Shown piece after piece: positions 58,790-64,000 of a DNA stretch of 64,000 nucleotides (position 1 is its first letter; each line of letters opens with the position of its first letter). A program made the position numbers and the translations under genes. A model generated the notes under the pieces. It was given only the letters and a program-made list of their open reading frames with translations, made no database searches and was not told the DNA's origin. Origin of the DNA: an uncultured Candidatus Babeliaceae bacterium (GTDB taxonomy: Bacteria > Babelota > Babeliae > Babelales > Babelaceae); assembly GCA_963704655.1 (NCBI GenBank), contig OY969927.1, positions 320,001 to 384,000 on the forward strand, written 5' to 3'.

Positions 58790-58862
58790 ATATTGATTCT
58801 TATGATCATACTATTTTATTGTTTTATTGATTAAGAAAAAAACAAATACGAAAGTGTAGAGC

Positions 58863-60185
58863 ATGTACAAAAAAACTTTTATCTCATTATTCTTATTATT
58901 TATTGCAATATGTCATGCACAAATACCGAACGAAATTCTTTCAACACCCGCACTTACGGGAATCTTTGATGGCCCTGGAGGGGGAGTAGCAATAACACCT
59001 AATGGTGAATATGCCTATGTTACTAACGGGGCCGGAACTACTGTAAGCGTTATACAAATTTCTAATAATACTCTATATGCAACAATATCTGGTTTTGATT
59101 TACCGCAAGGAATAGCAATAACACCGGATGGACAATATGCCTATGTCACTAACGAGGCCGGAACTACTGTAAGCGTTATTGATCTTAGGCCAGCAAGTCC
59201 CACCTATAATCAGATAGTATCAACAATAACTGTTTCTGGTCAACCATTTGTAATAACAATAACACCGAATGGTGATTATGCCTATGTTTCTAATGTCGCA
59301 TACGTTATAAATGTTATTAAAACTTCTGATAATACCGTGCTAGTAACACCAGGATTAACAAACACTTTTAGAGAACCCAATGGAATAGCAATAACCCCAG
59401 ATAATCTTTTTGCCTATGCTGCTGATTCTCAAGAAAATACGGTTAGTGTTATTGATATTGATCCTTCAAGTGCCAACTATAATACGATAAAAGAAGTTAT
59501 AACTGGTTTTTCTTATCCCGATATAATAGCAATAACACCAGATGGACAATATGCCTATGTTGCTAATGCTGGTAATAGTGGGGGGTGTGTAAGTGTTATT
59601 GATCTGAGGCCAGCAAGCTCCACCTATAATCAGATATTATCAACACCAGGATTAACAACTGGTTTTAATGAACCCAGAGGGCTAGCAATAACACCAGATG
59701 GGCAATATGTCTATGTTACTAATACCAATGGAAATAGTGTAAGTGTTATACAAATTTCTAGTAATACCATACTTTCAACACCTGGTTTAACGAGTGGTTT
59801 TGATGAGCCCTTTGCAGTAGCAGTGACACCTGATGGACAATATGTCTATGTTGCTGATTTTGGTGCTAATAGTGTGGTTGTTCTCTACAGCCCCGCACCC
59901 TTGAATGCTAGTGGTTGCAAAAGAAAGGATAACTTTTTAACGCAAACAGATAACTATAATCATCTTACCTGGTCAGCACCAGAAGCGGGTTCACCCGCTG
60001 CATATCAAATTTACCGCGATGCAGCATTAACGCAATTAGTTGCAACTGTGCCTGCCTCTGGCATTTTGCAGTATGATGATCATAATCGAAATCCAAATGT
60101 AAATTACACCTATTATATTGTTGCAGTTGATGCTTCAGGAAATCTTTCATCGCCTGCTGTTACTACCGTTACACAATCTTGTTAG
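58863..60185 (+). CDS. YncE/YVTN beta-propeller protein with C-terminal FN3-like domain
   Basis: Seven AITPDGxYAYV repeats; signal peptide. Confidence 0.88.
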   Translation: MYKKTFISLFLLFIAICHAQIPNEILSTPALTGIFDGPGGGVAITPNGEYAYVTNGAGTTVSVIQISNNTLYATISGFDLPQGIAITPDGQYAYVTNEAGTTVSVIDLRPASPTYNQIVSTITVSGQPFVITITPNGDYAYVSNVAYVINVIKTSDNTVLVTPGLTNTFREPNGIAITPDNLFAYAADSQENTVSVIDIDPSSANYNTIKEVITGFSYPDIIAITPDGQYAYVANAGNSGGCVSVIDLRPASSTYNQILSTPGLTTGFNEPRGLAITPDGQYVYVTNTNGNSVSVIQISSNTILSTPGLTSGFDEPFAVAVTPDGQYVYVADFGANSVVVLYSPAPLNASGCKRKDNFLTQTDNYNHLTWSAPEAGSPAAYQIYRDAALTQLVATVPASGILQYDDHNRNPNVNYTYYIVAVDASGNLSSPAVTTVTQSC

Positions 60186-60254
60186 AGGTATTGATTTGTA
60201 TGCGCACAATATGTTTTAGTAAGAAAAAAATTCAAACTTTTGAAAGCGGGTATC

Positions 60255-61532
60255 ATGTTTAAAAAATCTTTTATATTTTTGGTATCGCTTTTTAGCATAG
60301 CGTGCCAGGCACAAGAGTTAAGTTATATCTTACCAACACCTGGCTTAGAAAGCGGTTTTAATAGTCCTATAAATGTGGCAATAACACCAGACGGTCAATA
60401 TGCCTATGTCACAGATAGTGGCAGTAATAGTGTGATTGTTATAGATGTTGCAAGTAATACCATTTTATCAACCCCTTATTTAACGGGTGTCTTTTCTGAC
60501 CCTTTTGGAATCGCAATTACCACCGATGGCAAATATGCGTACGTTACTAATGTTGGCAATAATACTGTAAGTGTTATAGATATAGCAAATAAAACCATAG
60601 AAACGTTAGCAACCGGTTTTTATGAACCGTTTGCAATAGCAATAAAACCAGATAATAGCTATGCCTATGTTACCAATCTTAGCAATGATAGTGTAAGTGT
60701 TATACAGATCTCGAATAATGCCGTAACAACACCAGCTGGTTTAAGCACGGGCTTTAATAGTCCAAGGGCAATAGCAATAACACCAAATAATACCTATGCT
60801 TATGTTACCAATTCAGACGGAAATTCGGTAAGCGCTATAACGCTTTCTAGTAATACTATTTATGCGACCATTACAGGATTTTATTATCCCGGTGCAATAG
60901 CAATTACACAAGATAGTAACTATGCTTATGTTGCCAATTCCGACAATAACACTGTCAGTGTTATACAAATTTCTGACAACACCATACTGCCAATATCTGG
61001 ATTAGATACTGAGTATGTTCCTCAAGGAATAACAATAAGTGGTAACTATGTGTATGTTACTTCTGGTAATGCTCCCTATGGTGCTGTCAATGTTATACTA
61101 ATCTCTGATAATAAGCTCTTATCAGTCCCAGGTTTATTAAGAGGTTTTGATGAGCCTCGAGGAATAGCAATAACCCCTAATGGGCAATATGGGTATGTGG
61201 TTAATTATGATAGTCATAGTGTAACTGTCATCTACAATCCTACGGTCTTGAATGTGAGTGGATGCAAAAGAAAAAATATCTTCTTAACGCAAATTGATAA
61301 CTATAATCATCTTACCTGGGCTGCACCGGCAGCGGGTGAACCCGCTGCATATCAGATTTACCGCGATGCAGCGTTAACGCAATTAGTTGCAACTGTGCCT
61401 GCCTCTGGCATTTTGCAGTATGATGACCATAATAGAAACCCGAATATAAATTACACCTATTATATTGTTGCAGTTGATGGTTCAGGAAATGTTTCAGCAC
61501 CTGCTGTTACTACCGTTACACAATCTTGTTAA
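60255..61532 (+). CDS. YncE/YVTN beta-propeller protein with C-terminal FN3-like domain
   Basis: Paralogue of the preceding gene. Confidence 0.88.
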   Translation: MFKKSFIFLVSLFSIACQAQELSYILPTPGLESGFNSPINVAITPDGQYAYVTDSGSNSVIVIDVASNTILSTPYLTGVFSDPFGIAITTDGKYAYVTNVGNNTVSVIDIANKTIETLATGFYEPFAIAIKPDNSYAYVTNLSNDSVSVIQISNNAVTTPAGLSTGFNSPRAIAITPNNTYAYVTNSDGNSVSAITLSSNTIYATITGFYYPGAIAITQDSNYAYVANSDNNTVSVIQISDNTILPISGLDTEYVPQGITISGNYVYVTSGNAPYGAVNVILISDNKLLSVPGLLRGFDEPRGIAITPNGQYGYVVNYDSHSVTVIYNPTVLNVSGCKRKNIFLTQIDNYNHLTWAAPAAGEPAAYQIYRDAALTQLVATVPASGILQYDDHNRNPNINYTYYIVAVDGSGNVSAPAVTTVTQSC

Positions 61533-61548
61533 CATGAAAGTGAGTATA

Positions 61549-62820
61549 ATGTTTAAAAAATCTTTTATCTTAATGTTCTTGCTTGTAAGTGCAGTATGCC
61601 AGGCACAAGAACCTAACACGATACTTAATACACCTTATTTAGATGGCGGGTTTAATGAACCGCAAGGTGTTGCTGTAACGCCAAATGGTCAATATGCCTA
61701 TGTTTGTAACTACGGCGAAAGTACTGTGAGCGTTATAGATGTCTCTACCAACTCAATAGCAACTGTGATATCAGGTTTTGATTACGGACCGCAAGGAGTA
61801 GCAATAACACCAGATGGCAAATACGCTTATGTTACTAATAATACTGGAAACAGCGTAAGCGTTATAAATTTATCAACCAATTCAATTTTGACAACAATAC
61901 CGGGTTTTAATCAACCAGTAGGAGTAGCAATAACACCAGATGGCAAATACGCTTATGTTTGTGCTGGCGGTGATGTAAAGGTTATAGACGTATCTACCAA
62001 CACCGTATCAGCAACGATAACTGGTCTTGATGATACCGCTGGAATAGCAGTTACACCAGATGGGCAATACGCCTATGTTACTATCCCGTTTGAGGGCTAT
62101 GTCGTCGTTATAAAAACTAAAGACAATTCAGTATTGACAACAATAACCGGCTTTTCTGAGCCGCAGGTACTAGCGATCACGCCGGACAACAAATACGTTT
62201 ATGTTGGAAACACTTATCAGTTAAAGGTAATAACTATTGCGGATAATGAGATATCAACAACGATATCTGGCTTTAATTTTATCTCTGGAATTTCAATAAC
62301 TCCTAATGGGCAATATGCGTATGTAACTAATTTCAATGGAAATAGTGTGAGTGTTATAGACTTAATCCCGACAGATCCAGCCTATAATACTATAATTTCA
62401 ACACCTGGCTTAGAAAGTGGGTTTACTTTTCCTGCTGGAATAGCGATCACACCAAATGGTAGCTATGCATATGTTACGAATCTATTTGGAAATAGTGTAA
62501 ATGTCATTTTTATTAAAACGCCTCTTACTGCGCCGGTTAATTTTAGCGGATGTAAAAGAAAGAATAGCTTTTTAACATCAGTTGATAATTATAACCACTT
62601 AACCTGGTTTGCATCGAGCGCCGGAACACCCGTATCGTATCAAATTTACCGCGATGCAGCGTTAACGCAATTAGTTGCAACTGTGCCTGTCTCTGGCATA
62701 TTGCAGTATGATGACCATAATAGAAATCCGAATATAAATTACACCTATTATATTGTTGCTGTTGATGGTTCAGGGGATGTCTCTGAGCCAGTAATTACTA
62801 CCGTTACACAATCTTGCTAA
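61549..62820 (+). CDS. YncE/YVTN beta-propeller protein with C-terminal FN3-like domain
   Basis: Paralogue of the two preceding genes. Confidence 0.88.
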   Translation: MFKKSFILMFLLVSAVCQAQEPNTILNTPYLDGGFNEPQGVAVTPNGQYAYVCNYGESTVSVIDVSTNSIATVISGFDYGPQGVAITPDGKYAYVTNNTGNSVSVINLSTNSILTTIPGFNQPVGVAITPDGKYAYVCAGGDVKVIDVSTNTVSATITGLDDTAGIAVTPDGQYAYVTIPFEGYVVVIKTKDNSVLTTITGFSEPQVLAITPDNKYVYVGNTYQLKVITIADNEISTTISGFNFISGISITPNGQYAYVTNFNGNSVSVIDLIPTDPAYNTIISTPGLESGFTFPAGIAITPNGSYAYVTNLFGNSVNVIFIKTPLTAPVNFSGCKRKNSFLTSVDNYNHLTWFASSAGTPVSYQIYRDAALTQLVATVPVSGILQYDDHNRNPNINYTYYIVAVDGSGDVSEPVITTVTQSC

Positions 62821-62893
62821 AGGTATTGATTTGTATGCGCACAATATTTTATGGTTTAGAAAGAAAAAACATTCAAACATGAAAGTGAGTATA

Positions 62894-63271
62894 ATGTTAA
62901 AAAAATCTTTCCTATTGTTGAATTTGTTTGCTGCAGCAGGTCAAATGCTACATGCTACACCTGAAAGTCCCATTAATTTTAAAGGGTGCAAAAATAAAGA
63001 TATCTATTTGACGCAAATCGATAATTATAACTATCTCACGTGGGCAGCGCCAGATTTAGGCCCTCAGCCGGTATCATATGAGATTTTTCGCGCGAACTTT
63101 ACCAATGATACCCTTGTACTTGTTGCGACCGTTTCAGGCTCTGGAATATTAGAGTACTATGATCATGACAGAGACCCAAGTATAAATGATGAGTATGTAA
63201 TTTACGCATTAGATGCATCTGGCTTTCACTCTGTGCCTACAAGAACTACCGTTACTGAAAATTGTAATTAA
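62894..63271 (+). CDS. Stand-alone FN3-like domain protein with signal peptide
   Basis: GCKNKDIYLTQIDNYNYLTW...YEIFR...TVTENCN. Confidence 0.8.
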   Translation: MLKKSFLLLNLFAAAGQMLHATPESPINFKGCKNKDIYLTQIDNYNYLTWAAPDLGPQPVSYEIFRANFTNDTLVLVATVSGSGILEYYDHDRDPSINDEYVIYALDASGFHSVPTRTTVTENCN

Positions 63272-63296
63272 ATCTTCACATAAAAAAAGGAAAATT

Positions 63297-63902
63297 ATGA
63301 AAAATACAAAAAAATTATATCTCGGCTTATTGTTATTAAGCGCATGCTTGAATATACACAGTAAAAGAGACGTTATGTTAGAGTTCAAAGGCGCCTTTTT
63401 TCAACCAATAAACTGTACCTTTAAAAATATCTACGGCGGCGGGGCGTTTTTTGGGCCTGAACTGACCTTTAATATTTTCAGAAATATTCATGGCTTTGTA
63501 AGTTATGACTATTTTACTAAAAATGGTAACACTATTGGCTTAAGTACACCAACATCTGTTAATTTTATGGCGCTCGGCGTTGGGGTGAAATTCATGGGCT
63601 GTGTCAGCGACCATGCTCGTCTGTACGCTGGCTTAGGTTTTGAACCAGTATATTTAACGACAAAAAACTGCTCACCATACGTTACACCAAAAACGCAAAA
63701 ATGGGGCTTTGGTGGCATAGCTAAATTCGGTGCTTATATCGATTTACCACACAGCTTTGTACTCGATCTTTTTGCCGATTATTCATTTGTTAAAGTTTCG
63801 CCAAGCTGCTGCACCGGTTCACCTCTTGGTTATATTCAACCAACCAAAGCTGATTTAAGCGGCTTTATCTTCGGCGCTGGCCTTGGCTATCGTTTTAATT
63901 AA
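63297..63902 (+). CDS. Outer-membrane beta-barrel protein (OmpW/OmpA-like size)
   Basis: Signal peptide; amphipathic strands; C-terminal beta-signal GAGLGYRFN. Confidence 0.8.
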   Translation: MKNTKKLYLGLLLLSACLNIHSKRDVMLEFKGAFFQPINCTFKNIYGGGAFFGPELTFNIFRNIHGFVSYDYFTKNGNTIGLSTPTSVNFMALGVGVKFMGCVSDHARLYAGLGFEPVYLTTKNCSPYVTPKTQKWGFGGIAKFGAYIDLPHSFVLDLFADYSFVKVSPSCCTGSPLGYIQPTKADLSGFIFGAGLGYRFN

Positions 63903-63916
63903 GTCTTAATATATTT

Positions 63917-63942
63917 ATATCAGGGGCGAACGCCCCTGATAT
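63917..63942 (+). terminator. Hairpin, probable terminator
   Basis: ATATCAGGGGCG-AA-CGCCCCTGATAT followed by CTTTT. Confidence 0.7.
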
Positions 63943-63960
63943 CTTTTAAAGGTAAATGCA

Positions 63961-64000
63961 ATGATAAGAAAAATTATAATGTTCTTTATACTGATTTTTA
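63961..64000 (+). CDS. Possible start of a signal-peptide-bearing gene running off the right edge
   Basis: MIRKIIMFFILIF after AAAGG. Confidence 0.4.
   Translation, partial: MIRKIIMFFILIF

Noticed and set aside
58562-58862. oriC
   Set aside because: No DnaA-box cluster or dnaA gene was seen.

Overview
An AT-rich bacterial chromosomal window. Gene content and style suggest a host-dependent Candidatus Dependentiae/Babelota (TM6)-like organism; this is an inference, not a database result. Housekeeping genes are rsmG, a MATE exporter, gatCA, mreC, recJ, dps, ileS, xfp-ackA, a pfpI-family gene, rplI-dnaB-ruvC and recF-dnaN. Accessory content: (i) five secreted-looking, modular, phage-tail-fibre/trimeric-adhesin-like genes, including a >3,000-codon ORF missing from the ORF track (it runs off the left edge) and a 1,869-aa protein with two S74-type autocleavage motifs; (ii) a decayed MazEF pair cut by a TTAA-bounded MITE-like element; (iii) a peptidoglycan-peptide hydrolase cluster; (iv) a eukaryote-type mitochondrial carrier gene behind an Ile/Leu/Val-rich mini-ORF and ahead of ileS; (v) a decayed GIY-YIG nuclease gene inside a perfect 50-bp inverted repeat, surrounded by nested, covarying tandem-GA hairpin repeats; (vi) an unannotated 46-aa lysine-rich protein and a candidate anti-SD sRNA; (vii) a tandem array of YVTN/YncE beta-propellers sharing a C-terminal FN3-like domain, next to an outer-membrane beta-barrel gene. 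No rRNA, tRNA, CRISPR array or prophage structural module was recognised.
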